Part shown: positions 10,838-32,533 of the stretch, piece after piece
Layout of the letters: each line of letters begins with the position of its first letter
Numbering within the stretch: position 1 is the stretch's first letter
NCBI GenBank assembly: GCA_030141605.1
Contig: JAQGDQ010000053.1
Span: 434,001-498,000 of the forward strand
DNA from: Tubiluchus corallicola
Lineage: Eukaryota; Animalia; Priapulida
Length of the DNA stretch: 64,000 bases
Direction of reading: 5' to 3'
Position numbers and translations under genes: made by a program
The notes under the pieces: model-generated
Databases searched by the model: none
Seen by the model: only the letters and a program-made list of their open reading frames with translations
Told to the model about the DNA's origin: nothing

Positions 10838-13800
10838 ATGGTAAGTTTCATAAAAATTTTCAAGCAGCCGCTTTTGTTACCTATAGCAAACTATTTGTTG
10901 TTTCACTAGTAAGAATTGGTTAAGTTCAAGCAGTCAAATGTTTTCTTATTTATAAATTTTATTATTATATATGGTATTGAAAGCAGAGGCATAGCACAGG
11001 GGCCAGATGTCCCCAGGGGCAAGGGTGAGAGGGTGCAAAATTCTTCTAAGTTCAATGACTGTTAATTATTAATTACTAATTCGACATTAACAAAACAGTT
11101 AACAAAAATTTTTAAGCTACAACAAAGTTGCCTAGTCAGAGATCATTGTAGCTGACTTAGTTACCGCATACAGTCTAGAAAAAAAGCTTTTATTGTTACT
11201 TAATGGCGTGTAAGGTGTTGTAGCAGTTCGATAATTTTGGGAAAAACAGTGGCATTTTTCTAAATGCCGATTGTATTATTGTGAAAACATGTAGTGTTCT
11301 GTATCTTTCATAATATTTGCATGTTTCATTGCTGGAGCTGAATGTTTAAGGACTGTTGTGTTTCGCTCAACTAATGCATAGAAATGAGTTATTCTAGTGC
11401 AGTATGTTATTCTGGTGCAACATCGCAAATCCAACTCAATGTGATTCGTAGAAAAAAATTGTTTGTCTTTATCCCATCATGTCAAAAAAGGAACGTCGAG
11501 CTCAAGGACGCAAAAAAGCACACAATTTGTGATATCACCCATGAGACAAATGAACAAAACATTAAAAGGCTAAGGCACCAGAAGTTTTTTTGCCTCCAGG
11601 CAACATAAGCAATTGCTATGCCACTGATTGAAAGTCCAGTATACTTCACTCTGCTTGCTTAGTATTCACTTGGTTGTTACAAAGTTGTACATGTGGGTAC
11701 AACAAGTTAAGCTTAATACTTGCTTGGAACTTTTTGTAAGAACTGACTGTTTTGTCTACTAATTTGGTGTACACACGTAGATGTGTAGTGTTTTTCTTAT
11801 TTCTGTAAAATATAAAAAATTCCTGATATGAAGTATTTTTTTCTGATGTGCTTATGAGATGGTAATATTATATTATTTGAATCAGTACCGAATCTGATTA
11901 GAACAGTATATTTTTAGGATCAGTACCGAATCGAAACAGACAGTTTTGGTGAATTAAAAGTACCTGTGGACAAATATTATGGAGCAAGCACAGCTAGAAG
12001 TCTTGTCAACTTTAATATTGGAGGACCAGTTGAAAGAATGCCCGTATGTTATGTTATGTATCATTGAATTTTGATTATGTGATTAGTCAATGAATTGTTT
12101 GATTGTGTGCAAAATAAAACCAATGTGCAATACTACTATAGTAGCTAATTGCTTTAGAAAATGCAATTATTCGCTTTCATTTGAAAAGGCTGTTGCTGCG
12201 GCAGATGGATTATCCTTTAGCTGTTTGTTAATACAGTTGTGATGTTACTGCTGGTGATTGGATCAATGTCAGTGAATTCACTCCAAGATAGGGCAGCGCA
12301 GCAGCAGAGATCAGCCATGTTCCCTCTTTTCGAGGTGAACAGCAAAGGTTTATGGTATACCCAGAATGTTGGACCCGCATGTGCAGTTGTCCACTCAGCC
12401 TGTCTCCCGCAAACCCTCCAACATTGTTAAAAATGGGTTACAAGCTAAGACTCCTTGTGCGTGTAATGTGTGATCTGTAATGTGTGATGCGTATTGATTG
12501 TTTCCTTATGTCCGTGAAGGCTATGCATATTAACAAAGCTTGCGGTGGTCTTTCCGCCATTTTTGGTTGCTTGTTGTTGAAAACCATGCTTTACCGAAAT
12601 TTCAGCATGATAATTACAGCAATGGCAATAGGTTTGTATTGTACTGTTAGATGATAAAGAAAGTAGAAGTTAGAAGTATTGGATGCACAACATTCTGCAA
12701 TGGACAGAACAATATAGCAAGTATCATCATTTAGTGAAAGACCACATACGATCACACTCGAGTGAACACGTATCACGCATCATGCATTACATATTGCATT
12801 TTATGTACACTTGGAAACACTTCGCTACAGGGCATTTAATAACAGTTACAAACTGTCCTTAAAGTAACGTGATCAATGTCCTTTGAGAATGTAGTATGCA
12901 TTGCACAACATTATTGATACACATGATGGCTGTTGTGTTTTGCTTCAGAATAGAGACTTGTGCAGAAACGATGCTGAGATGCACCTTTTCGGACCATCTT
13001 TGTTCACTTGTAGATGATTCAAGTCCTTTCCTCCGCTGTATAGTTAAACTAATGTTCTTTCTCCTGGCTGAGCTATTTGTTGCTGACTTGTATTAGTGTC
13101 CATAAAAATGTGACTATATCATCTAGCAGCTAGCTTATTGCTAGCTTAAAGGTAGTGGCAAACATATGCGAAATTGTATCACAAAGGAAAATGCCCTGGC
13201 ACTTAAACTTCAGTTCTGCTAACATTGCAATGTTCCATGCCATCTTTGCACAGCAGAATATAATTCTTTTTGTGTCTTTACTTTTTTTGTACAGATATAT
13301 CATGCACCAACTCGTCTCATCCACTCAAATGTGGTCAAGGCAAAGCATTGGAAATGATTGTAAATGGAAGCTGATGAAATGTAAAATCAGTATGTAACTG
13401 ATATTAAATGCCTTTGTAGGTACTGATACTGAAAAATCAATTACAGTATCTCATTTTCAACAACAACAACGAAGCAGTAATGTTCTTAATTACATGATAA
13501 TAGTATTGTGATGTCATAACGGCGTCTTACAAGGAAAAGTGACAACATTTTTGGAATCCTTTGGGCAGTTTCCTGTCAGTCAGTAATACATATTTTTCAC
13601 CTATGTTCGATGGTTGAGAAGATATAATCATGAGCACATTTATGCGTATATCTTAGAAGTAGCATTCCCATTTTTTGCTTATTTTTGTTAGGACTGCGTA
13701 GTATGTTGATGAGAAAATAGTAGTATAGTAACAATTATAATAGATTTTGTGGGATACTTATGTCTGTGTCAAATGTAAACGTGTTGCACATTTTCTCGGC

Positions 13801-16800
13801 AGATATTGTGGCACTTGAGTTTTGTAATTTCAAGTAGGTTTGACAGCTTGTACTTATGTAATTGTCAACTTTCAATAAGAAGTGTAAGTGAGCAGGAAAT
13901 TGATTAACGCGCTGTATATTGCTATTTATAACCAACTCAAAGTAAATTAACTGATTTTCTCTTGTTACACTATCGATTTTCATTATTTTTTAGATTGCCA
14001 TTATAAGAGCATTTGGAATTCTAAAGAAAGCCACCGCAGTTGTGAATAAAGGCTATGGTTTGAAAACTGAAATCGCTGATGCTATTTGTTCAGCAGCAGA
14101 TGAGGTTTGGACTTGTGTGAAAGCCATGTTTTGTCAAGATAGTACTATGCAAGCTTATTGCCACTTGTTTTTTACATTTAAACAGTGTTTCATAGTATGT
14201 ATTCTGAAAAATTGTACAGTATGTATACAGTCAGTATGGTTGGGCCTTGCTATGTTTTAATTACTTTTTGAACATATTAAATTTTATAACTTCCTTTATG
14301 TAACAGATAACTAACTTGGTTTTTTCATTGATCGTTGAAAATTTCTAAATACTTAAAGGCCAATATAACCCCAACAGACATTGAAGTTTTTTCCGTATTA
14401 TTATGACTACAAAAAGAATTTGTACTTCGTTTTCTATATAAAATGAAGAGATAAATTAAATAACTTACCTTTTCTGGCGAATTTCGGATGTGTACATTGC
14501 CGTGAAGACCATCATGTTTTATGTCTTTTGCGAGAATGACGTAATTAATACATGACGTTTACAAGTAAGCTTCGCAGGTTAAGCAGTAGTTCTAATCACG
14601 ATTAGCGTAAAATTCTTGCCTTCAAAATATGGATACTTTGGTGAAGCGAAATTGCCGACGGCTTTTACACTTGAATCTGGGCATTGGCAGAGCTAAACTG
14701 GGGCAACTTGAAAATAGTAAATAGCATTCAAAACTTGAATGATTAGTATCTAAATTGTGCACAAGTGTAAAATTTCCAGCTACCACAAGTCTTACCACAG
14801 TCCTAAAATCGTAAAACTATTGCTTCATCCATGCCTCGTACCTCCTGCTTGTCCGAAATATTTTATCTCAACACCGCATTTAAATCTCTGCCTCAATTGT
14901 ATTGTACTAACTCATTGTTTCTACAGCATATATAGTATAATGAGCTACACTGCATTACGAGAGGGTGAGTCGCTATTTACTGGACCAGTTTTGCTGAATA
15001 ATTCGTAATCTAAGGTTTACTAGGGTTTCCACATAAGTTATGCAATTTAATAGTAAATTAAAATATTCTTAAGTATATTATAGAATTGATTATTATCACT
15101 TAATGACTGCTTTGTGCTAGAAGTGCCCAACCCATATAGCGCATGCAACAAAAACTACCCATATTGTGGCATTCGCTCAATGTCAAGCGTTCTCAAACAT
15201 GGATGAATTTTGAGTGTTTTGAGTGACTTTGAGTATTCTGAATAAATGAGCTAGTGAAATTTGATTTTGCAATTGTTAAAAAGTCTTGTGCTAAAATCTG
15301 CATTTTAAATTACTTTAATTTAAAACAAGATGTGGTTACTGGAAACATTTTTACCAATGCACCCATTTTGCAAATAAAGTCAAAAAGAAGTTAGTACGTC
15401 ATACACTTCAGCAACAAATTTATTTCAGCACAGGGATTTGTGCAGAGACAATAAAGACTGCAATGCCTAAATGGACATCAGCAGAGTAGCCAGCAGTTTA
15501 TACAGTAAAAAAGCTAGTGTCCACTTGAAAGTAACAGAAGCCATAAAATACACAACAGCTATTTTTTGAGAGCAAAAACGTGGTACCTAAGTTACTATGC
15601 ATAGAGTCAGTAAGCCAGGGTTTCAAGCCATGAATGATGAAAGACAACCGAAAGTTGTGTGTTATACTCACACATAAAGAAATACTTTAACAATTACGTC
15701 ATGTAACAATTACATCATTCATCTCGCACAACGAAAAAATGGCCGAGATTCAAATTTTATACCGGTAGCAAGAAAGTGATAAAAAATCAAAAGAAACGAG
15801 TTTTATAGTAAATTTATAATAAAATAAATTGAATGTGTATTGAATGTAGGATTTTGGGTTGTAAAAGCTTATATTATAGTGAAGGTTTAGTTTGACTTTA
15901 ATGATTTACACTACATTATTTCGTACGTATCCGAAGAAAACAACTTGCTGAAATTAAGGTTGATTAATTTCTTTTTTTGTAATATTTAGGTAATATCTGG
16001 GCAACTAGATGATCATTTTCCACTAGTAGTTTGGCAAACTGGGTCTGGCACACAGACAAATATGAATGTTAATGAAGTCATTAGTAACAGAGCCATAGAA
16101 AAACTTGGCGGTACACTAGGAAACAAGTTAATGGTACATCCTAATGATCATGTGAACATGGGACAGGTACAGTACTTTAATGTCAACAAGTTGTTTATAA
16201 ATTGTTAGCATTGTAAAGATCTATAAAGCTGTACAGAACCAGATTTTTCTTTAGGTAAATGCCACTTTAGCTTGTAACTTAACCTTTTGTAATCATCAGT
16301 TATTTTATATTATAACATTTAAAGTTATTGACATGTTTAAAGTATGAATAAAAGGCTATCACAGCTAATAGAGCTGGTGTTTTTCAGTAATAATTTGCAA
16401 CCAAGTGGTTTTTAGTGTTCCTGAAGAAAGAGTCTAACTCATTGTCTAATCACAGTACAAGTTTGCAAGTGCAACAGTAATAAAGATTAATAATAAGCAG
16501 TTCATTCTTCTGCATATTATTCTTGGTTCTATTTCATGACTGTGCCTTTGATTTTTAGCATCTGCAACTTTTACCATTTACACAGCATCACCTTAATCAA
16601 TTTTTCAAGAGCTGTTATTTGTCACCAAATACTACTAATATGTGTCTCTTATTTGTTAAATTACAGAGCTCTAATGACACTTTTCCTACAGCAATGCACA
16701 TTGCTGTAGCTGTGGCAGTTCACGAGAAGCTATTGCCATCATTAGAACTGCTACATAAAGGTCTGAATGAAAAATCTCAAGAGTTTTCCAATGTAATCAA

Positions 16801-19800
16801 AGTGGGCCGTACTCATACTCAGGTATTATGTTCGGGTTAGAATTGCAAATATGGCAAGAACAATATTCAAAATTGAGAATTTTTGAATCAAGCATGACTT
16901 TTTCATTTGTATGCATAGAATAAAGAAGGATTATTTTTGTAATTTGTAAAACATACATCATTCTTATAATTGCTCCAAACATGCTTTTAATTGTATAAAA
17001 CCTGAAGTGAACTTTTTGGGTAGCCCGTTTTTTTGTCATAGATGAAGTTTGTGCCAGGTGTAGTGTGTCAGTTAATTTACTGAATGTTTTAGCAATTACA
17101 AAGGCTATGGAAGATAAGTAAGACTTAAATTATCAAATATTAGTGGTTTTAAGTCAGCTACACTACATTTCACTTGACTCTTTATGCAATGTTTCCTCTG
17201 ATTTCTCTGATTATCAGGCGTGTTCATTACAGTATTTTCAGTAAATTCAGTATTTTAACCATTTTGTGGAGCTTTTGCAAGAGAGCTTATAACTAAGCAT
17301 ACAAAATGTGTATAGTTTTCTGCTTCATTACATCTAGACTACTTCAGGAACTCCAGTATGATCACAAGTCACAGGTGAAGTAGTGTGTCTCACAGTTTTT
17401 ATATGTTTATTTGTTATTTGCTAGGACGCAACACCGCTTACACTGGGTCAAGAATTTGGAGGATATGCTGCTCAAATTTTTAACGGTATAGGGCGCGTTA
17501 AATGTGCATTACCACGAGTCTACGAGCTAGCAGCAGGTTGGCACAAATTACCTTTCATTAAATCATTACAAATTGCCATGTGTAAAATGTGTGACTGAGA
17601 AAGATAGCCCATATCAAGAAAAATTGTTCTATAAAACCCTCAGATATATTATATTAATGTGAGTTTTATATTATATCCTCTGATATAAAAATGTCTTTAG
17701 GAGGAACGGCTGTTGGTACAGGGCTTAATGCCAAGATTGGTTTTGCTGAGAAGACTGCGGAAGAAGTATCTTTATTAACAGGTTAGCTGTAAATATGTTT
17801 TCCTTTAGTTGATTGATAAAGTCTGCATTAATAATTGATCATTTGAGATTTTTTAGAAGACATTATGCTTTTAGTGAAAAATGCAGCATGCCTCAAAATT
17901 TGTACCAGTTATAAGTTGTGCAATTAAATTGGTTTATTACAGGTATACCTTTTGTAACAGCTCCAAATAAGTTTGAAGCACTTGCAGCACGTGATGCAAT
18001 GGTAGAAATGAGTGGTGCCTTAAATGTTATTGCCTGCAGTCTCATGAAAATAGGAAAGGATATAATGTTTCTAGGATCTGGACCCCGCTGTGGTTTAGGA
18101 GAGCTTAAACTTCCTGAAAATGAGCCTGGCAGTAGCATTATGCCCGGTGAGTAAAATTTTCATTTTTTTAAACTTGAGTTTGGTTTAGCTCATTTGCCAA
18201 GGCTGCATGTAACTGGCATATAATTACATTGTATATATATATACAGGCGACCCTGTATAGCAAAATCGTCCATAGTGTGCTAGAGGTAAATTTAATTATG
18301 GTGCTAGAGGTAAAAAAGTCAGAGTAGTCAATTTTTATCAATTTTCGAATTTTTGTTTTTTTCTAATCTAAGACTATCTTACTATCATGCTGTACTGTTA
18401 TTCTGCCTGAAATATTAGTTTTTATTAGCAAAATTATTAAAAAGCTAAACCCTTACTATTTCGGGTGCTTGTAGTGCAGGAAAAGACTGCTTAAGTTAAC
18501 ATGCTGCATCTCTGCATGCCGATCATGATTTTAAACATGGTTTTTTTTAATGACCAGCATTGTGTTGGTTACCAGATTCCTTTATCTGATTAATTTATAA
18601 ACTGCTGCTTTTTTGCAGAAATGCTATAGAAAATGCGTAAACAAATACCTTAGATTTTGCTGTTTCAAGCGTCTCTCTTTTTTACCCAATAAAAATCATA
18701 AGATTGAAGGTTATGTTATTTTTGCCCAATGAGAATCATGAACGTCGCGCGACATCATCGTCTCATAACTTCGCGCAACGCAGTGTCCAGCAATGCCAGT
18801 AACAACAAAGCCGAGACAGTGCTGAGAAGAAAATAGAACACAGATGGATTTAGCTCTACTTACATTTTTGTTATGATTGTTATTAGTTTACATTTTTTTT
18901 AGTAATAGTAATTTGTGTTTTATAGATGAATTACAGTTTTTTAGCATTCTTTTCATTAATATCTAGGTAAACACGTGTAGTTGTATGCTTTCCTATAGTT
19001 TTTCTCTAATACCTAAGATTCAAGTCTTTAGCTGCTTTGGGTTCAATGTGCTTATCACTACAATTACTGTACTAACAAATTTTTGGTGTGGTCTTTGTGA
19101 GCAGAAAGATTTCTCAAAAGTGCTGCTGTAAAGCTCAAGATTATAAGACTCATAAAAATAAGCCTCCTCAAGACAGTTAGGTATGGCGTTTAAAATATTT
19201 TACTCATAATAATGATGATAACTAAAAAGTGTTGGAGCAAAAATAAAAACTGGAATAAAAAATATTGTTTTAAATTTTTATTAATTTTGTTATGTGTATA
19301 TTTTTCTGATAATTTTTCTGTGATAATTTTGTCAGATTATAAGGCCACTCAATTGATTTTCCTTACTTGTACTACTAACTGTCACACCTGTAATTAAATG
19401 TAATGGTTAATTTACTGTGAGTGGCCCTCGGCTACAGCTCAGACAGATAAACAGCCAGATAAATTATATTGAAACTGTGTGGTGCCTGCTTAGGAATATT
19501 TGCTATGTACAGCAAACTCACTTCTGTAATTTGTTACAACTATCATACCTGTAATTAGGAATTTTGGTGAATGATTTACCTGAAATGACACTAATGCATA
19601 GAAATTACGTGACTACATGACAAACATGTTCAGTTACACTGTAGGTACAATAGCAACGTACAAAAACCTAATGGTAATTAAAAATTAGAAAGTGGTAATT
19701 AATACTTACAAGATGTTATATCTGCAATTCTTTGTGATGGATATCTCAAATAATACTGAATTCTGAGAACTGCCTTAATACAGTACAAGTGCTTTCAAAG

Positions 19801-21215
19801 AATTGCTAACATTTTACTTTTCACTTATACAGATAATTATAAAGCTAACCATAACATAGTCATACAAGATTCATCCCTAGGTAAAAGTCACACCTGTATT
19901 TATAAATGTTGCTAATTAGTTTGTTCAAAAGAAATTTTATAATACCGAAAATGTATAAGCCTATTTAATACTTCACAAGTTTACAACTATAGCTATTTTG
20001 TAGTTTAAACTACAAAATAGCTATAGTTGTGACATTAAAGTCAGAAAAAGTTGGATTTGTTTCACCTATAATTATGTTGACTGATCTAATTACTCTAATT
20101 GATTTGTTAGTTTACCTGGAAATGATACCTTGAACACATGTACAACAATGCACTTAAATAGCAGATTATTTTGAAAATGGGCATAGTTATTTTCACAAGC
20201 TTTCATTTTTATTGATATTATAACCAATGCTTGTAATTTTCTCACCTGTAATTAATTATCTTACCTGGTAAAACCCAAACACTCCAAAGCTACTGCTTTA
20301 ATTATATTTGTTCATAAGTTATGTAAAAACTTTAAAGTGTCGTGTGATAAAATTAATTATTATAACTTACCTCTAATTAAATTATAACAGGTAGCAGAGA
20401 TAAATAACAAAGGTACTCAGTGTTGATCAAAAGTGCACTGGCTATACTTGCATACAAGTTGCATGAAAGAGAATTGTATGCATTGTAGTACCCTTTCAAA
20501 CCCCATAGCAAGCAATAACTTCCTCAGTTGCTATGCAAATTTAGTGAAAATTATAACACAAACTTTGAAAGCCATTTTCTCCCAATTTTAATTTTGATTT
20601 TTTTTGCCATAAATTCCAATATATTGGTTCAGAAACAATGTAGAGAGCTGAAACAGGTACCAAAATGATCAGCATGAACAGGGGAATAAGAATATGCACA
20701 TAAACTAAAAATTGATGCATAGCGCACTATGGACAGTTTTGCTATGCAAAGTCACATATATTACATGTATTTATTTTAATCATTTTCTAGGAAAAGTGAA
20801 CCCCACTCAATGTGAAGCTTTGACAATGGTTGCTGCCCAGGTAATGGGTAACCATGTATCAGTGACAATAGGTGGCAGTAACGGCCATTTTGAGCTGAAT
20901 GTTTTCAAGCCAATGATAGCCCGGAATGTTCTGCAATCAATACATCTCCTCAGTGATGTATGTGTCTCCTTCAATAACAACTGCATCAGAGGTCTGAAAG
21001 CTAATAAGGAAGTTATTCAAGGTCACCTGGCAAATTGCCTTATGCTAGTCACTGCTTTGAATCAGCACATCGGTTATGACAAAGGTGCACAAATTGCACA
21101 GAAAGCCTCCATTGAAGGAACTACACTCAAAGCAGCAGCTTTAGAATTAGGCTATGTGACTGCTGAAGAGTTTGACAATTATGTGAATCCTGCTAATATG
21201 CTGGGTCCAAAATAA
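10838..21215 (+). CDS. FH: Fumarate hydratase (class II fumarase), 9 coding exons, about 464 aa
   Basis: Exons: 10838-10840 (ATG, inferred), 11918-12043, 13994-14104, 15990-16166, 16667-16822, 17425-17536, 17701-17781, 17943-18146, 20791-21215. All GT-AG with matching phases. Motifs [65 protein letters not shown] and C-terminal MLGPK. AATAAA follows the stop. The first exon is less certain. Confidence 0.97.
10984..11626. mobile_element. hAT-type MITE in FH intron 1
   Basis: TIR CAG(A/T)GGCATAGCA; perfect 8-bp TSD ATTGAAAG at 10976-10983 and 11627-11634. Confidence 0.85.
12650..13400 (-). mobile_element. Decayed DNA-transposon coding remnant, Academ-like (XPG-type domain plus Cys-rich end)
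   Basis: Minus frames give LCDTISHMF (compare GCDTTSxF), then [27 protein letters not shown] and [10 protein letters not shown], then scattered cysteines. Many frameshifts. Confidence 0.4.
14353..15901. mobile_element. Kolobok-like non-autonomous DNA transposon in FH intron 3
   Basis: TTAA at both ends followed by AG (TTAAAGGCCAATATAACC versus reverse complement TTAAAGTCAAACTAAACC). Inverted subterminal motif TGCGAGAATGACGTAATT (about 14530) pairs with AATTACGTCAT..TCTCGCA (about 15693-15728). Confidence 0.6.
18243..20760. mobile_element. About 2.5-kb non-autonomous TIR element filling FH intron 8
   Basis: Imperfect TIR of about 38 bp: GGCGACCCTGTATAGCAAAATCGTCCATAGTGTGCTA versus reverse complement TGTGACTTTGCATAGCAAAACTGTCCATAGTGCGCTA; both ends lie in TA context. 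Confidence 0.7.
19983..20030. repeat. Perfect 48-bp palindrome without spacer
   Basis: ACAACTATAGCTATTTTGTAGTTT followed directly by AAACTACAAAATAGCTATAGTTGT. Confidence 0.95.
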
Positions 21216-22676
21216 ATGTCATTTGATAATATTTACTTGAAATGAGCTTTAAATTCAATAAATGACACTAACCTGCCATGAGGCTTCTATCATTCACTGT
21301 GAACAATAAACTGTAACTTGTTCTTGCCCACTTTAGTTCTCATTGCTGTGTACCAGATCTGGCAACAACAGGTGCCCTTTTTAAAACTTTGGTATGATCA
21401 GACCGTTTATTGAAACCGCATAGATAAGAAGCAGACAAGTTGTCTGTGAAACAGTACTGCCTAGTCAAATGTTTAGTAACATATCAATGGCCAAAATTGT
21501 TTTGTGCCATCATTTTAGCTTATCAGAAATGATTGTAATGACATTGGTCAATATTAACTTTTATCATTTATTTCTGACATCAATTATGTTGTTTGCAACA
21601 AGTCGAACGAGACAATTATTTTACGCGATTCTGTCAATTAAATTAATTTAAAATGAGTAACTTTTTGACTGCTGTTGGCAGTTCTCCGAGGAACATTACT
21701 CCTGCTCTTTAGTATTGTTTTAGCTCCAATATGGAAAACCACGTTGTTCAGTTAAACTGAAAAATGGATAAAATTATAATTGTAATGTAATATGAATGAA
21801 AGTATGTTTTTGAAGAAAAATAATTCAGAATTGAATTGGAGAATGCCAAATTAAAATAAAATTGATTTGTGTCACCTTTAATAAGTTGATATTCTGTTAA
21901 TTTACAATTATTAAAGAGCCATTGTGCCCATGTTATGTGATGTCTATTATGCTCATTTCTGCTGTAGAATTTCTTACTGCAGAATCTCAGAATTTTAGTT
22001 TTTTATTGTATTTTAGTACAACATATCTAAACTACCTTTTATTTACAACGTATTTATTTGGTCGAGTGCACCTATTGTATTGGGTTTTAAAAATTTGCTT
22101 CTTGTTTTAAAGTTTATGTCAATAGGATTAGGTAAACTTGTAGAGCAGCATATAAAAATTAGTACTGTAGCCTAATAAGTAAAAGTGCTTCATATTTTTT
22201 TATGCTCAGAGCAGCATTTTTAAATCGTGACTATTTATGTAACCAATTCAAGATCAATAACAAGTCAAGCAATAAATGTTAGTTTTTAAAATTTATGCAT
22301 AATTTATTTTCTAGCAACTAGTAAGTGTACTATTAACAACAAAATAATTTTTTACAACATTTGCCTTGTATTTCAAAGAATGTTTTCTGTTTTCTCTGTT
22401 TGATAGGTGAAGCTGAGTTAATGGTGTTTTTTGATCTCTGTGACAAGCAGTGTCACAACACAGTCCATGTAAAAATGAACGGTTTGTGACACGCCATGTC
22501 ACAATACTGACATCTCGTACGAAAATCTGTGTTTTTTTGCATTTATCCCAGACATTTACCATAACTTACCTAATAACCCATTTAACAAAATTATTTCAGT
22601 AAAATATTTTCCATCAAATTTAGAAGAACTATTCAAAATTAATTAAGTTAATTTATTGTGTATCATCGACGTCTTC

Positions 22677-31787
<9,111 letters not shown>

Positions 31788-32533
31788 TTATGACCTGAAA
31801 ATTATAAACAATGAAAGATTCATTAAGAAACCATCAATGGAAGAACGTTTCAACATCTATCAAGAGTTGTCTTTCTTCAGTTTACATTAAAATACCATTA
31901 CTAGGAAACATTTTTGACTGTCAAATACTGTGGCAAGATTCTGCTTCTGTGATGGGAGACAGCTTCTGTTTTTCAAATAAAAATGTTTTTCAATAGCACA
32001 AAATTTGGTGTAAAGTGTTTTTCTTTGGTTATCGATATTTTTTATGCTGCTTGTTTCCCAGTGTTATTTGGAAATGTACATTTGTCAAGTTGTGTTGTAC
32101 AGTATTAATTTTTGTCTGACTTATTGTATCATTGGTATTAGTCACGTCCTTGGTAAAAGGTGATTCAATAACCTGTTATCTCAAGATTGGTGATAGCCGT
32201 TGTACCTTAATTTCACGTTTTACAAAAAAATTATAAGTCAACATGGGTGTTATCATATTTAACCCACGAGTCTTTTTTTGGAACCACTTCATTTATTATT
32301 TGCCCTAGTAATGGCTTGCATTTGACTTCACAGCATGTTTCCATTTAATCGTACTTTGTGACTCCACTTTTTGGTGTGAACTGCGATGCATATGAAGCCA
32401 CTTATTTTTTTCCAGTTTACTTGCTATGTATCTTGCTTATAACCAGCGTCCTTTTCAATGTGACCACTTTTGCATAAATATCAAGTGCTATCCAGAGGTG
32501 CGATGGTTATAGCTCACTGAACATATTAGCTAA

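Noticed and set aside
10838-21215. Horizontally acquired bacterial fumC
   Set aside because: Spliceosomal introns at positions shared with human FH and a eukaryote-type MLGPK terminus.
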